From: Alphaproteobacteria bacterium
GTDB lineage: Bacteria > Pseudomonadota > Alphaproteobacteria > MPNO01 > UBA830
Reading direction: 5' to 3'
DNA length: 64,000 bases
Assembly: GCA_022822405.1 (NCBI GenBank)
Contig: JAJEBT010000066.1
Location: 25,464-89,463 of the forward strand
In this document: positions 16,715 through 27,207 of the stretch, in pieces
Numbering within the stretch: position 1 is the stretch's first letter
Layout of the letters: each line of letters begins with the position of its first letter
Made by a program: the position numbers and the translations under genes
The notes under the pieces: model-generated
What the model saw: the letters and a program-made list of their open reading frames with translations, nothing else
Database searches by the model: none
What the model was told of the DNA's origin: nothing

Positions 16715-18268
16715 ATGACACTACATCCCTCATCTGTTGAGTGGTCTATAGATTCAGTCGCGCAGCATTCTGATGGAGATCTATTTCCGAAGATCATAGA
16801 ATTCGAGGCAATTCGAGACCAACAAGTGCAACTTGTAAATCTTTTGTCTAATGCCGATTTATTTTCTTTTTCTCCCGGGCCTTCGCGGCGCTTCATCGTA
16901 CCGAAAGATGAGATATCATATCGACAGGCAACACAGCTCGATCCTCAAGATTCAATTATTTTGTCGGCTTTGTTGTATCAGTACGGGAAGGGTATCGAAG
17001 ATAGGAGGTTACCCAAGAATATTGTGTATAGTTATAGGTTTGGACCTACTGACGAGCATGGATTGTATGCCAGTCAATCTGCTTGGAACGACTTTTGGGA
17101 AAAAGCAAAGGAGCTGACTCATGAGGCAGGTGTAGTCCTATATTGCGATATAGCAGATTTCTATAATCAAATTTCTCATCACACTGTAGAAAATCAACTT
17201 ATTCAATCTGGATTTCCGAATCAGGCGATAAAGTGGATTATAGGTTTGCTCGCATCAACAACAGTCGGTGTCTCGAGGGGAGTACCTATTGGGCCTCATT
17301 CTATTCACCTTCTCGCCGAAGCTAGTTTAATTCCCGTTGACAACGCCCTTACGGCGGAAGGCTTTCGGTTTCTTCGATTTGCTGATGATATTTTGGTGTT
17401 TTGTCTAAATCAAGGGGCTGCAAAATTGGCCCTGGCAAGAATGGCTGACATTTTGGATAAACAACAGCGTCTAATGTTGCAGCGGCACAAAACGACTTTC
17501 ATGAGTCCTGCCGAGTGTCGCAAGTTGTGCAATAGAATGGTGGAGGATCGACCGATTAATTCGGATGAAAGAGATTTGTTGGCGCTAGTAAGAAAATATT
17601 CTGAAGGAAATCCATATAAGATGATTTCTTTTGAAGAAATAGAGCCAGGAGATTGGAAATTAATAAAAGAAGAAAGTATTTCTTTAATTATAAAAGAATA
17701 TTTAATTCAAAAAGATGTGGACTACATTAGGCTGAGATGGTTCTATCGGAGACTGTCACAAGTAGGACATCCAGGGGCTGTACGTGTTTCATTAGAACGA
17801 ATAGATGAACTTGGCCCATGCTTCGCAAATGTCTGTGCTTATTTAGCATCTGTACAAAATATTGAGCCGGAGGACTGGAAGGAAATAGGAAAATATCTAT
17901 TGGCTCTTTTGGATAGACAAGATGTCAGGGAGAATGAATTCTTTAGATTGTCGATTCTGAGTCTTTTTAGCAGGAACGCATACCTGAACCACTTTGAATC
18001 TCTGTCGTCTCTGTATAGTAGTAGCGATTCTAACGCGCGAAGGGAAATTTTACTGGCTGCATCGAGGAATGGAGTTGTGGATTGGGTCAGAGGATACAAA
18101 GAGTCGTTTGATGCAATGGATGTTTGGCAAAAGCGAGCGTACCTATATTGTAGTTCTCAGTTTCCAGCTGATGAAAGAAAGTTCTTTTTGCGGAGGCAGG
18201 CGCAGCAGCGCCCCTTTGAGGCGGCCCTAATCGGGTGGGCAAAGAAAGGATCGAGCAATAATCAGTAG
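16715..18268 (+). CDS. stand-alone reverse transcriptase, Abi/UG (defence-associated) type with C-terminal alpha-helical domain
   Basis: RT motifs are present in order: 1/2-like YRQATQLDPQDSIILSALLY; A VLYCDIADFYNQISHH (Asp codon at 17147); B SRGVPIGPHSIHLLAEASL; C LRFADDILVF (DD codons at 17384-17389). About 290 further residues are helix-rich and repetitive. There is no endonuclease, maturase-X or retron VTG motif. Confidence 0.8.
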   Translation: MTLHPSSVEWSIDSVAQHSDGDLFPKIIEFEAIRDQQVQLVNLLSNADLFSFSPGPSRRFIVPKDEISYRQATQLDPQDSIILSALLYQYGKGIEDRRLPKNIVYSYRFGPTDEHGLYASQSAWNDFWEKAKELTHEAGVVLYCDIADFYNQISHHTVENQLIQSGFPNQAIKWIIGLLASTTVGVSRGVPIGPHSIHLLAEASLIPVDNALTAEGFRFLRFADDILVFCLNQGAAKLALARMADILDKQQRLMLQRHKTTFMSPAECRKLCNRMVEDRPINSDERDLLALVRKYSEGNPYKMISFEEIEPGDWKLIKEESISLIIKEYLIQKDVDYIRLRWFYRRLSQVGHPGAVRVSLERIDELGPCFANVCAYLASVQNIEPEDWKEIGKYLLALLDRQDVRENEFFRLSILSLFSRNAYLNHFESLSSLYSSSDSNARREILLAASRNGVVDWVRGYKESFDAMDVWQKRAYLYCSSQFPADERKFFLRRQAQQRPFEAALIGWAKKGSSNNQ

Positions 18269-18554
18269 GCAATAACGGGTGGGGAGTGGTGACCTTGGTA
18301 TTCTGTCGCAGTTAAGACAGTATTAAACTCTAATTCCCCGGAGGAGGATTTTCGGGCGACCCGACTCGCTCACCATGTGCAACGTTTGACCCGGACACTT
18401 CCTGTGATGCGGGGTTGCCGCTAACACTTGGGCTACCTCATTCATAAGGTGTGAGGTGGCTCTGCATAGCGTATCGGCAACGCACTGCCCGCCAGTGATC
18501 AGCATGTCGCGCCTGTGTCTTCTGCTCGGCCATCGTCTGCAGATTCCGGCGCAC

Positions 18555-19880
18555 TTAACAGCAGGCACAACGCTCCTGCATCTCGACCGGCACGTCGAGC
18601 GTGTCGCCATGCGCCATCGTCTTGTAGGGTCCGGCCCCGTCCGCGTCGGCCGACGCCCCCCAGCCGCCGTGTCCGGTGTCGAGGTGTTGGTAGAGTTCGT
18701 CCGTTGCCGGATCGGTGCCGTAGAACCAGTGGGCTGAAAACGAGGCGTGGTGACCGGCTGCCGCCGCGGCAGGCACCGCCTCGCCGACTGCACGCAACAC
18801 GGTGTCGATCATCGTCGGCAGGGTCGCGCTGTAGAGGCCCATCGGCGCGGTCGGCCCGGCGCTAAGGAACGTGCCGTCCGGAATAATGATGTTGAGCGGG
18901 CGGATTCTTCGTCAAGTGTCATCGGATTTTGCATCCGGTGAGGTCAGGGTCTTGAAGGCGATGCGGGCCGACGGATAAGCACCTCCGTGGACGCCGGAAT
19001 TGAGCGGATCCCAGAGCACGCCGCCGAGGCCGGACAAGTCGATGGTCATCGAGTCGCCCTCGATCCGCACCTCGACATCGACGGGAACCGGGCAATCGTT
19101 GTCAACGCCGTCATTGTCGAGACGGGTGGAGGCCCGCCATACACCATCAGGGAGCGCCTCGACGGCGGCGCGCGCGACCGCTTCGGACTGGTCCCAGATG
19201 GCGCCGATCGCCGCGCGCAGCGTGACGGCGCCGTGGCGGTCGATCCGGGCGTGGATCTTGTCGCGGCCGGCCAGGGTGCCGGCAAGCTGGGCATCAAGGT
19301 CGCCGAGCACCATGGTGGGGAACCGAGTGTTGTATTCGATGATCCGGTAGATCTACTCGTTGCGCATGCCACGCTGCTAGAGCTTCACGGTTCGGTACTG
19401 GATTCCTTTCTGGGAGATCTCGGTTGCATCGGATGCGCTTCACGAACCGACAGAACTGCCTCCGACATCGATCCAGTGGATCAGGATGCGCATGAAGCCG
19501 AACAGGTCGTCCTCGCCGGCGCCGGTGAAGACCGGCGTGTACGTGACGAGGTTGTTGAGGTGCTGGCCGAGGGTGCCGGCATGGTTGGAGATGATCACGT
19601 CTCCGTCGTGGATATTGTCGCGGCCGTAGACTTCCAGCCCGTCGCGTACGGCATTGCCCAGCGCGTTGGCGATGAAGATCGGGATCGAGCCGCTGCCTTG
19701 GGCAACCAGGCGGCCTTCCGGGTCGACCAGCCCGGTGGCGAAGTCCTTGTATTCGTAGACCAGCGGGCTGAACGCGGTGCGGGTGATGTTGGCGTCGATT
19801 TCATCGGGAATGGCGACCAGACCGTGACGGATGATTTCCAGGGTGATCGGATCGATGGTCGCCGGTTTCCGCATGTCCAT
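18555..19880 (-). pseudogene. hydantoinase B/oxoprolinase (hyuB-like), fragmented
   Basis: Three colinear pieces lie in different frames. They are 19440..19880 (MDMRKPATIDPITLEIIRHGL...), 18912..19313 (...DGVWRASTRLDNDG...VEVRIEGDSMTIDLSG...) and 18555..18842 (...YQHLDTGHGGWGA...GDTLDVPVEMQE). In-frame stops occur between the pieces, and the 3' end is ill defined. Confidence 0.75.
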
Positions 19881-19882
19881 GT

Positions 19883-21126
19883 TCAGCCTCCAACCGTGAT
19901 CCGGATTTCCCCGAGTTCGCCGATGGCGCACCTCTCTCCCGGGCCGACGACGGTGGTTGCGCCGTATTCCTCGACAATCAACGGACCGTCGGCGGCGTAC
20001 CCCGCGGCCAGGGCGCTGCGGCGGTGGACCGGAGTCTCGATCCACCCGCCACCGCGGCCGAAGGCGACCGGGCCGGGATCCGATCCGGCGCTTCGCGGTC
20101 CCACTCGAAGCCGGCCGGCGCCATCGATCCAGGCGATCGAACCGCCGCCGGCGCCGACCTCGACGATATCAACGACGGATCCGCGAATCGGAAAGCCAGT
20201 CGCGTAGCCGCCGACGTAATAGGGCGAGTGGAGCGCGTATCGCCCGTCGCGGATGACAGCGTACTTGGCTGTGGTTCCACCCATGTCGAAGGCGATCAGG
20301 TCGGGTAATTCAAGGGCTTCGGAGAACGCTCCGGCGCCGATGCAGCCGCCCACCGGCCCGGATTCGATTAGCGTGATCGGTTCCCGCAGCGTGCGCTCGA
20401 CCGATAACACGCCGCCGTTCGAGCCCATCATGAAGAGCGTCCTGTCGAACCCGGCCTCGCCGAGCCGGTCTTCGAGCCGGCTGACATAGGCGGCCATGCG
20501 CGGGCCGACGACCGCATTGGCCGCGACGGTGCAGCAGCGCTCGTACTCGTACCACTCGCGCGTCAGCTCGCTGCCTGCGGTCACGTAGATTCCCGGCAGC
20601 CGGTCGCGCAGGAGTCTGGCGATCATGGTCTCGTGGCGGTCGTCGAGATAGCTGTTCAGAAGCGAGACGGCGACCGCCTCGACCCCGAGTTCCGCGAGGT
20701 GCCGGGCAAGGCGTTCGACTTCGCCGGAATCGGGTGCCGCCAGCACCTCGCCGCGGCCATGGATCCGCTCGTCGATCTCGAAACGCAACGGCCGCGGGAT
20801 CAGCGGCGGTAGTCGATGCGAAAGGGGTTGGTCCGGTTGCCGCGGGCGAGTTCCAGCGTATCGCGGAAGCCCTTGGTCGTCACCAGTGCTGCCTTGGCGC
20901 CACTCCGCTGCAGGAGCGTATTGATGACGAGTGTAGTACCGTGCTTGGCGAGGACGGCCTTGCCGAGATCGATCCCGGCCTCGGAGGCGCATGCCATCAC
21001 GCCATCGACCAGATCGTTGTAGGCAGTCAGCGCCTTGGCGCAGGAAACCGTTCCGGTGTCGAGATCATAGGCGGCGATGTCGGTAAAAGTGTCGCCCGTA
21101 TCGAAGGCCACGATCAGCGACATCAA
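19883..21126 (-). pseudogene. hydantoinase A/oxoprolinase (hyuA-like), frameshifted and internally deleted
   Basis: The N-terminal piece 20800..21126 (MMSLIVAFDTGDTFTDIAAY...) is out of frame with 19883..20992 (...FDMGGTTAKYAVI...GPLIVEEYGATTVVGPG...). The total is about 414 codons, against the roughly 680 usual for HyuA as I recall. Confidence 0.7.
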
Positions 21127-21244
21127 ATGCGCCCGGCATGGCGTTCCATGCCGGGATTATAGCGCCGGCCGCCGGGACGTCATCCGGAGCCGCGTCCCGC
21201 CTCCGACTGCACCGGCGAGATACGGCGCGCGGGGAGGGTACGGC

Positions 21245-23476
21245 TCACTCATAGTTTCCGAAACGGTTGTTCCGGGGAAAGCCGCGCATCGCGACGCGCC
21301 CCGCCTGGGCGCGCTTGCCCCGGTATTCCGGCGGCACCTTCTCCGTCCGAACGCCGGCCCCCGTCTTCCAGGACAGGCCGTCGGCGAGCGCGAACGTGGT
21401 CACATCCGAGAGCCCGCCGTCCCGGTAGCTCTGGAGCTTGACCCCGCGGCCGCGCGTCATTTGGGGAAGGTCGGACAGCGGGAAGATGTTGAGCCTGCGG
21501 TTCTCTCCGACCACCGCGACCATGTCGCCGCGCACCGGCGCGCAGGCTGCGGCCTCGACGCCGTCGCCGACGTTCAGCACCTGCTTGCCTGCTCGCCGCG
21601 GCGCGACCACGTCGTTCTCGGCCACAACGAAGCCGCGGCCGTCCTGCGATGCGACCACGAGTTTTTCGCCCGGCCGGTGGACGAACAGCGCGACGATGTC
21701 CTGGCCGTCGGGCAGGTCGATCATCAGCCGCAGCGCCTCGCCGTATCCGCGCCCGCCGGGAAGTCGCCCGGCATCGAGCGTGTAGAAGCGGCCGTCGGTC
21801 CCGAAGGCAAGCAGCCTGTCGGTGGTCTGTGACGGGAGGACGAACCGGCGCCGGTCGCCCTCCCGGTATTTCAGCTCTCCGCCGTCCCTGGGATGGCCGC
21901 GGACCGTGCGGACCCAGCCCTTGTGCGAGCAGATCACGGTGATCGGCTCGCGCTCCACCAGCACGTCTTCGGGTATGTCGATCTCCGCGGGTGCGCCGGA
22001 AATCTCGGTGCGGCGCGCGCCGCCCGGAGTCTTCTTTCCGAACCGGGATCGCGCGTCGCGGATTTCGCCCGCAACCGCCTCCTTCCGCCTTTTCGGGTCC
22101 TCGACCAGTTCGCGAAGCGCGCTCATCTCGGTGGTGAGTTCGCCGTGTTCGGTCCGGATCGCCATTTCCTCGAGGCGCCGCAGGGCACGGAGCCGCATGT
22201 TGAGGATGGCCTCGGCCTGGACGTCGCTGAGGCTCCATTTCTCTACCATCACCGGTTTCGGCTCGTCCTCTTCCCGGATGATGCGGATCACCTCGTCTAG
22301 GTTGAGATAGGCGATCAGGTAACCGTCCAGAACCTCGAGCCGGTGCGCGATCCTGTCGAGCCGGTACCGCGTCCGCCGCACGAGGACATCGTCGCGATGC
22401 CGGAGGTAGGCGTCGAGAACGTCGCGCAGATTCATCACCCCGGGAACCGTACCGGCGTCAAGGACGTTCATGTTCAGCGAGACGCGGTTCTCGAGGTCGG
22501 TGGCCCGGAACATCTGCTCCATGAGGATGTCGGGATCGACGGCGCGGTTGCGCGGCTCGAGCACCAGCCGCGTGGTCTCGGCGCTTTCGTCCCTCAGGTC
22601 TCCGAGCAGCGGCAGTTTGCGCGCGTTCAGAAGGTCGGCGATCTTCTCGACCAGCCGCCCCTTCTGGATCTGGTAGGGGATCTCGGTGACGACGATGCAA
22701 TATTGGCCGCGGCTGAGCTTCTCGACGTGCCACCTGGCGCGGACGCGGAAGGAGCCGCGGCCGGTGCTGTAGGCCTCGATGACCGACTCGCGATCCTCAA
22801 CCAGGAGTCCGCCGCCCGGAAGGTCGGGGCCCGGGACGAACTCGACGAGTTTGGCGATGGTCGCCCGCGGATGCCTGATGAGATGCAGCAGCGCCGCACA
22901 GACCTCGTCGAGATTGTGAGGAGGAATGCTGGTCGCCATGCCGACGGCGATTCCGGCTGCCCCGTTGCAGAGCAGGTTGGGCACCGAAGCGGGCAGGAGC
23001 GCCGGTTCGCTTTCCGAGCCGTCGTAGTTGTCGCGGAAATCGACCGCGTCCTCGTCGATGCCCTCGAGCATGGCGATCGCGTAGCCGGTCAACCGCGCCT
23101 CGGTGTAGCGCATCGCGGCTGCATTGTCGCCGTCGATATTGCCGAAATTTCCCTGACCCTCGACCAGCGGATACCGGACCGAAAAATCCTGCGCGAGGCG
23201 CACGAGCGCGTCATAGACGGCCGTGTCGCCATGGGGGTGGTACTTGCCGATCACGTCGCCGACGACGCGGGCGCACTTCTTGAACCCGGAATCGGGATCG
23301 AGGCGGAGTTCGCGCATCGCGTACAGAAGGCGGCGCTGGACCGGTTTCAGGCCGTCGCGAACGTCGGGAAGCGACCGCGAGGTGATCGTCGACAGCGCGT
23401 ATGCCAGATAGCGCTCGCCGAGAGCGTCGGCGAGAGGCACTTCCTCGACGCGGGAGGCGACAATCGAATCCGCCAT
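21245..23476 (-). CDS. parC: DNA topoisomerase IV subunit A
   Basis: 743 aa with the [19 protein letters not shown]...KYHPHGD...MRYTEARL GyrA/ParC signature. The length and the lack of a GyrA box-containing long C-terminal domain favour ParC. Confidence 0.85.
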   Translation of the reverse strand: MADSIVASRVEEVPLADALGERYLAYALSTITSRSLPDVRDGLKPVQRRLLYAMRELRLDPDSGFKKCARVVGDVIGKYHPHGDTAVYDALVRLAQDFSVRYPLVEGQGNFGNIDGDNAAAMRYTEARLTGYAIAMLEGIDEDAVDFRDNYDGSESEPALLPASVPNLLCNGAAGIAVGMATSIPPHNLDEVCAALLHLIRHPRATIAKLVEFVPGPDLPGGGLLVEDRESVIEAYSTGRGSFRVRARWHVEKLSRGQYCIVVTEIPYQIQKGRLVEKIADLLNARKLPLLGDLRDESAETTRLVLEPRNRAVDPDILMEQMFRATDLENRVSLNMNVLDAGTVPGVMNLRDVLDAYLRHRDDVLVRRTRYRLDRIAHRLEVLDGYLIAYLNLDEVIRIIREEDEPKPVMVEKWSLSDVQAEAILNMRLRALRRLEEMAIRTEHGELTTEMSALRELVEDPKRRKEAVAGEIRDARSRFGKKTPGGARRTEISGAPAEIDIPEDVLVEREPITVICSHKGWVRTVRGHPRDGGELKYREGDRRRFVLPSQTTDRLLAFGTDGRFYTLDAGRLPGGRGYGEALRLMIDLPDGQDIVALFVHRPGEKLVVASQDGRGFVVAENDVVAPRRAGKQVLNVGDGVEAAACAPVRGDMVAVVGENRRLNIFPLSDLPQMTRGRGVKLQSYRDGGLSDVTTFALADGLSWKTGAGVRTEKVPPEYRGKRAQAGRVAMRGFPRNNRFGNYE

Positions 23477-23499
23477 GGCGATCTATCCCCGGGCAGGTG

Positions 23500-24234
23500 T
23501 CATGCGGAAACGGCCGCGTCCCGGCGCAGCGCGTCGATCATCTGCGCGCGGGCCGGCGGCAGGCCCTCGCCCAGCGTCTCCCTGGCGCAGCGCTCGAGGA
23601 AATGGCCGGTCAGGGCCAGCCCGTCGACGATATCGGACATCCCGGCCGGCCCGCACGAGCGCAGGAACGGCGGCAGCCGCAGCAGCTTCGCGCGCCACGG
23701 TCGACCGGCTTCCGCCGACACCGCGCTGCCACTCCGGGGCGAGACATAGACGAGGGCTTCGGTGGCGCCGGTTGCAGCGCATTGCGACAGGTCGAGGCCG
23801 TAGCCGAGGTGGCCGAGGAGAGCCAGCTCCCACCGTACGAGTCCGGCATGCCAGTCCCCGTCTGCGGCGAGGCCCTCGACGAGGCCGCGGAACTCCTCGA
23901 AGACCCGCGGCTGGGGTTCGCGCTCGGGTATCAAACGGTCGAGGGTCGCGACCGCCGCCGTCAGGGCCAGGAGCCGCAGCCTCTCGGAAAGAAACGCCGC
24001 GGCGTAGGCTTGCGCGAGTTCGCATTGGTAGGCGCCCAGATGTTCGCTGAGTCGCGCCCGCCAGCGCGCTTGGACGAGATTGCCGGCCTGATAGACGCCC
24101 CGCGCCCGTCGACCCGCGCCGCCGTGCACGAAGCCGGCATGGCGGCCGTGGTCACGGGTGAGCAGCGAAACGATGGCCGCGTTCTCGCCATGTCTGCGTG
24201 CCGACAGCACGAAACCTTCGTCACTCCACTCCAT
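23500..24234 (-). CDS. recO: DNA repair protein RecO
   Basis: MEWSDEGFVLSARRHGENAAIVSLLT... is the typical RecO OB-fold N-terminus. The gene lies downstream of era, as is usual. Confidence 0.85.
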   Translation of the reverse strand: MEWSDEGFVLSARRHGENAAIVSLLTRDHGRHAGFVHGGAGRRARGVYQAGNLVQARWRARLSEHLGAYQCELAQAYAAAFLSERLRLLALTAAVATLDRLIPEREPQPRVFEEFRGLVEGLAADGDWHAGLVRWELALLGHLGYGLDLSQCAATGATEALVYVSPRSGSAVSAEAGRPWRAKLLRLPPFLRSCGPAGMSDIVDGLALTGHFLERCARETLGEGLPPARAQMIDALRRDAAVSA

Positions 24235-24312
24235 GGCGCATTATACCCGTTCTCCGGAGCGGGCGCGGACGCGTCGATTCGTCCCCCATGGCGGCGGAAG
24301 CGCGAAGCCGGG

Positions 24313-25230
24313 CTACCGCGAGTGGAAGTCGAGGCCCCACGTGCGGTAGCGTTCGGGATCCTCCTTCCAGTTGCCCCGTACCTTCACGAACAGGAACAGG
24401 TGCGTCCGGCAGCCCAGCGCGTCCGACAGCTCTTCCTGTGCGCCGGCGCGAATCCGCTTTATGCGCTCGCCGCCCCGGCCGAGGACAATTCCCTTCTGGC
24501 TGTCGCGCTCGACGTAAATGACCTGCTCGATCTTGACGCTGCCGTCGTCGAACCGTTGCCAGTTCTCGGTCTCCACGGTCAGCGCGTAGGGCAGTTCCTC
24601 GCGAAGGCCGAGGAACAGTTTCTCGCGCGTGATCTCGGCGGCGAAAAGCCGCTCGTTCATGTCGGAGAGCTGGTCGTCCGGAAACAGCCATGGTCCGGCC
24701 GGCAGCCGATCTGCGAGGGCGTACTTCAGGTCTTCGACGCCGTCTCCGGAAAGCGCCGAGATCATGAAGAAATCGGTGAGGAACTCCCGGCTCCGCAATT
24801 CGTCCGCAAGCCCGAGAAGACGGTCCCTGCGGATCAGGTCGATCTTGTTGAGGATGCAGGCTGCCGGCCGCTTCCGGTCGCCGAGCCTGTCGATGATGCG
24901 GCGCGTGTCTCGGGTGAGTCCGGCCTCGGCGTCGACCATGACGGCGACGAGGTCGGCATCCGAGGCGCCCTGCCACGCGGCGGCAATCATCGCCCGGTCA
25001 AGGCGCTTGCGGGGATCGAATATGCCGGGTGTGTCGATGAGGATGATCTGTGAGGCGCCCGACATGGCGACGCCGAGAATTCGCGTGCGCGTGGTCTGCA
25101 CCTTGTGCGTGACGATCGACACCTTGGCTCCGACAAGGGCGTTGACGAGGGTCGATTTGCCGGTGTTGGGCGCTCCGACCAGGGCGACGAAGCCGCAGTT
25201 CGTATCCGTCGACGCTGGCCCACCGGTCAT
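24313..25230 (-). CDS. era: GTPase Era
   Basis: G1 motif GAPNTGKST, G3 motif DTPG, and a KH domain at the C-terminus. The start overlaps the rnc stop by 4 nt. Confidence 0.9.
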   Translation of the reverse strand: MTGGPASTDTNCGFVALVGAPNTGKSTLVNALVGAKVSIVTHKVQTTRTRILGVAMSGASQIILIDTPGIFDPRKRLDRAMIAAAWQGASDADLVAVMVDAEAGLTRDTRRIIDRLGDRKRPAACILNKIDLIRRDRLLGLADELRSREFLTDFFMISALSGDGVEDLKYALADRLPAGPWLFPDDQLSDMNERLFAAEITREKLFLGLREELPYALTVETENWQRFDDGSVKIEQVIYVERDSQKGIVLGRGGERIKRIRAGAQEELSDALGCRTHLFLFVKVRGNWKEDPERYRTWGLDFHSR

Positions 25231-25904
25231 GCCGCGCCGCCGATCTGCTCGAGCATCTTCTCGGCGGCGCGCGCTCTGGCGATCCGCTTGGACGGCCCCT
25301 TTGCCCGCACCGGATCCAGCCCGGTGGCCGTGACCTCGATCGTGAACTCGGGCTCATGGTCGGTTCCGGTGCGGTCCACGACCCGGTATTCCGGCAGCGG
25401 CAATCCGCGCGTCTGCAGCCATTCCTGGAGATCGGTGGCCGGCACCTTCGGAATCTCTGCGCCGATATGGGTTTCCCAGTAGCGGGCGATGAATGTTCGC
25501 GCCGGAACAAGCCCGCCGTCGCGGTATAGAGCGCCGATGACCGCCTCGCAGCAGTCGGCGATGACGGACCGGCGCTCCGCGGCATTGCTGCTGTCCTCGG
25601 CGCGGATGAAGCGGGAAAGCGAGAGGGCGTCTCCGACTCCGGCGAGGGTGTCTTCGCTGACCAGGATCGAGTGCCGTCTGGCAAGCTCGCCCTCGTTCGC
25701 TTCGGGAAAGCTCTCGGCGAGGAGGTCGGCGACCACCAGCGCAAGAACCCGGTCGCCGACGAATTCGAGGCGTTCGTAGGTGGCGGTGCCGCCGGGCAGG
25801 TTGAGGCTGCCGTGGGTCAGCGCCTGCTCAAGAAGCTCCGGCTTCCGGAGTTCGTATCCCAGCAGGCCTTCCAGGGCCTCTACAGGATCGCGCGTCGCCG
25901 GCAT
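25227..25904 (-). CDS. rnc: ribonuclease III
   Basis: The RNase III signature ERLEFVGDRVL is present, together with a C-terminal dsRBD. Confidence 0.9.
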   Translation of the reverse strand: MPATRDPVEALEGLLGYELRKPELLEQALTHGSLNLPGGTATYERLEFVGDRVLALVVADLLAESFPEANEGELARRHSILVSEDTLAGVGDALSLSRFIRAEDSSNAAERRSVIADCCEAVIGALYRDGGLVPARTFIARYWETHIGAEIPKVPATDLQEWLQTRGLPLPEYRVVDRTGTDHEPEFTIEVTATGLDPVRAKGPSKRIARARAAEKMLEQIGGAA

Positions 25905-25919
25905 CGCAGCCTTTTCCCT

Positions 25920-26693
25920 TCATTCGACGGACTGCAACAGCCGCGACCAGCGAATGGCCGTCGGCCATTTCCAGACCTCCCATATATATGCGCTCGAATT
26001 GTGCGAAAAAAACAGGAATTCGGCGCGCCCGACCAGGTTTTCGACCGGAACGAATCCGACTTCGCTGAGCACCCGGCTGTCCAGCGAGTCGTCGCGATTG
26101 TCGCCCATCGCGAAAACATGGCGTTCCGGCACCGTATAGGTCCGCGTGTTGTCGAGGCCGCCGCGGTCGCCCTGGCGCTCGGCGATCAGGTGCTGGCGGC
26201 CGCCGGGGAGCGTCTCGACATATTGCGGCACTCCCGAGCCCAGCGGCCCCAGCGGAAGATTGCCGATCCGGCGGCGCTCGACGAGCCGGCCATTGACGTA
26301 GAGGCGCCCCTGCCGCATCTGGATGCGGTCGCCCGGCAGGCCGACGATCCGCTTGATGTAGTCCGTGCTGTTGTCCCTGGGCAGCTTGAATACCGCCACA
26401 TCGCCGCGTTCGGGCAGGGTCTCCAGTATGCGTCCCGGAATCAGGGGCAGTGAAAAGGGCAGCGAGAACCTGCTGTAGCCATAGGAATATTTCGAGACGA
26501 ACAGGTAATCGCCCACGAGCAGTGTCGGTATCATGGAACCGGACGGGATGTTAAAGGGCTCGAAACCGACCGTCCTGATCGCGACCGCGATCAGGACGGC
26601 ATAGACGAGGGTTTTTGCGGTTTCCCGGAAACCGCCGGATTTCTTCGATGGCATGAGGGTGTCTTCCGGTTCGGGCGGCGCATAGTGGATCAA
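25920..26693 (-). CDS. lepB: signal peptidase I
   Basis: A TM segment is followed by the motifs IPSGSMIPTL, GDYLFVSK, RGDVAVF, YIKRIVGLPGD and AMGDNRDDSLDSR. Confidence 0.9.
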   Translation of the reverse strand: MIHYAPPEPEDTLMPSKKSGGFRETAKTLVYAVLIAVAIRTVGFEPFNIPSGSMIPTLLVGDYLFVSKYSYGYSRFSLPFSLPLIPGRILETLPERGDVAVFKLPRDNSTDYIKRIVGLPGDRIQMRQGRLYVNGRLVERRRIGNLPLGPLGSGVPQYVETLPGGRQHLIAERQGDRGGLDNTRTYTVPERHVFAMGDNRDDSLDSRVLSEVGFVPVENLVGRAEFLFFSHNSSAYIWEVWKWPTAIRWSRLLQSVE

Positions 26694-26811
26694 TTTGCCG
26701 GAACTCTCAACTGTCAGGCTGGGGGCAGACCGCAGCTTTCGGCGGTATCCTGCTACCCACGGAGTCTGCAGAGAAAGTTCGATACAACTTCCGATCTGGC
26801 CGTGTCGCAGG

Positions 26812-27207
26812 TCAGGATACTGCGGTGATGATCACGACAGCCTGCGCGAGAGGGGGCTCGTCGGTTATCGTGACGTCGATCCGCGCGCTCATTCCTTCGG
26901 GCGTCAGTTCCCGCAAACGCCGGGCCGCGCCTCCGGTCAGCTCCATCGTTGGCTGACCACCGGGAATGTTCACCACCGCGAGATCGCGCCAGTAGACGCC
27001 CTTTCGGAAGCCGGTTCCGAGAGCCTTCGCGCAGGCCTCCTTGGCCGCGTACCGTCTGGCGTAGCTGGCCGCGCGAAGCCGGCGCCGGTCGCATCGCTGG
27101 CGTTCGATGCGGGTAAAGCACCGATGGGTGAAGCGCTTGCCGAAGCGTTCCAGGGTCCGTTCTATGCGCCGGATATCGATGAGGTCGCTGCCGAGCCCGA
27201 TGATCAT
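26812..27207 (-). CDS. acpS: holo-[acyl-carrier-protein] synthase
   Basis: The internal ATG (cat at 27205-27207) gives [16 protein letters not shown]..., the canonical AcpS N-terminus. It overlaps the pdxJ stop by 4 nt. Confidence 0.85.
   Translation of the reverse strand: MIIGLGSDLIDIRRIERTLERFGKRFTHRCFTRIERQRCDRRRLRAASYARRYAAKEACAKALGTGFRKGVYWRDLAVVNIPGGQPTMELTGGAARRLRELTPEGMSARIDVTITDEPPLAQAVVIITAVS

Larger units (their letters stand above)
13900..18330. other. AT-rich genomic island (candidate defence island)
   Basis: Composition shifts abruptly. My spot counts give 18/60 G+C for the line at 17581 and 48/60 for the line at 12001. Codon usage in the two large ORFs is A/T-ending, unlike the flanks. 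I can recognise no integrase, tRNA or terminal repeats, so the boundaries are approximate. Confidence 0.75.

Noticed and set aside
16715-18268. RT as a retron, group II intron or DGR reverse transcriptase
   Set aside because: No maturase-X or endonuclease domain is present, and no intron domain V/VI-like RNA flanks it. No retron-type VTG motif or flanking a1/a2 inverted repeats with a branching-G context were found in the spacer. No template/variable repeat pair or Avd-like gene is present. The C-terminal domain of about 260 aa is far too long for retron RTs.
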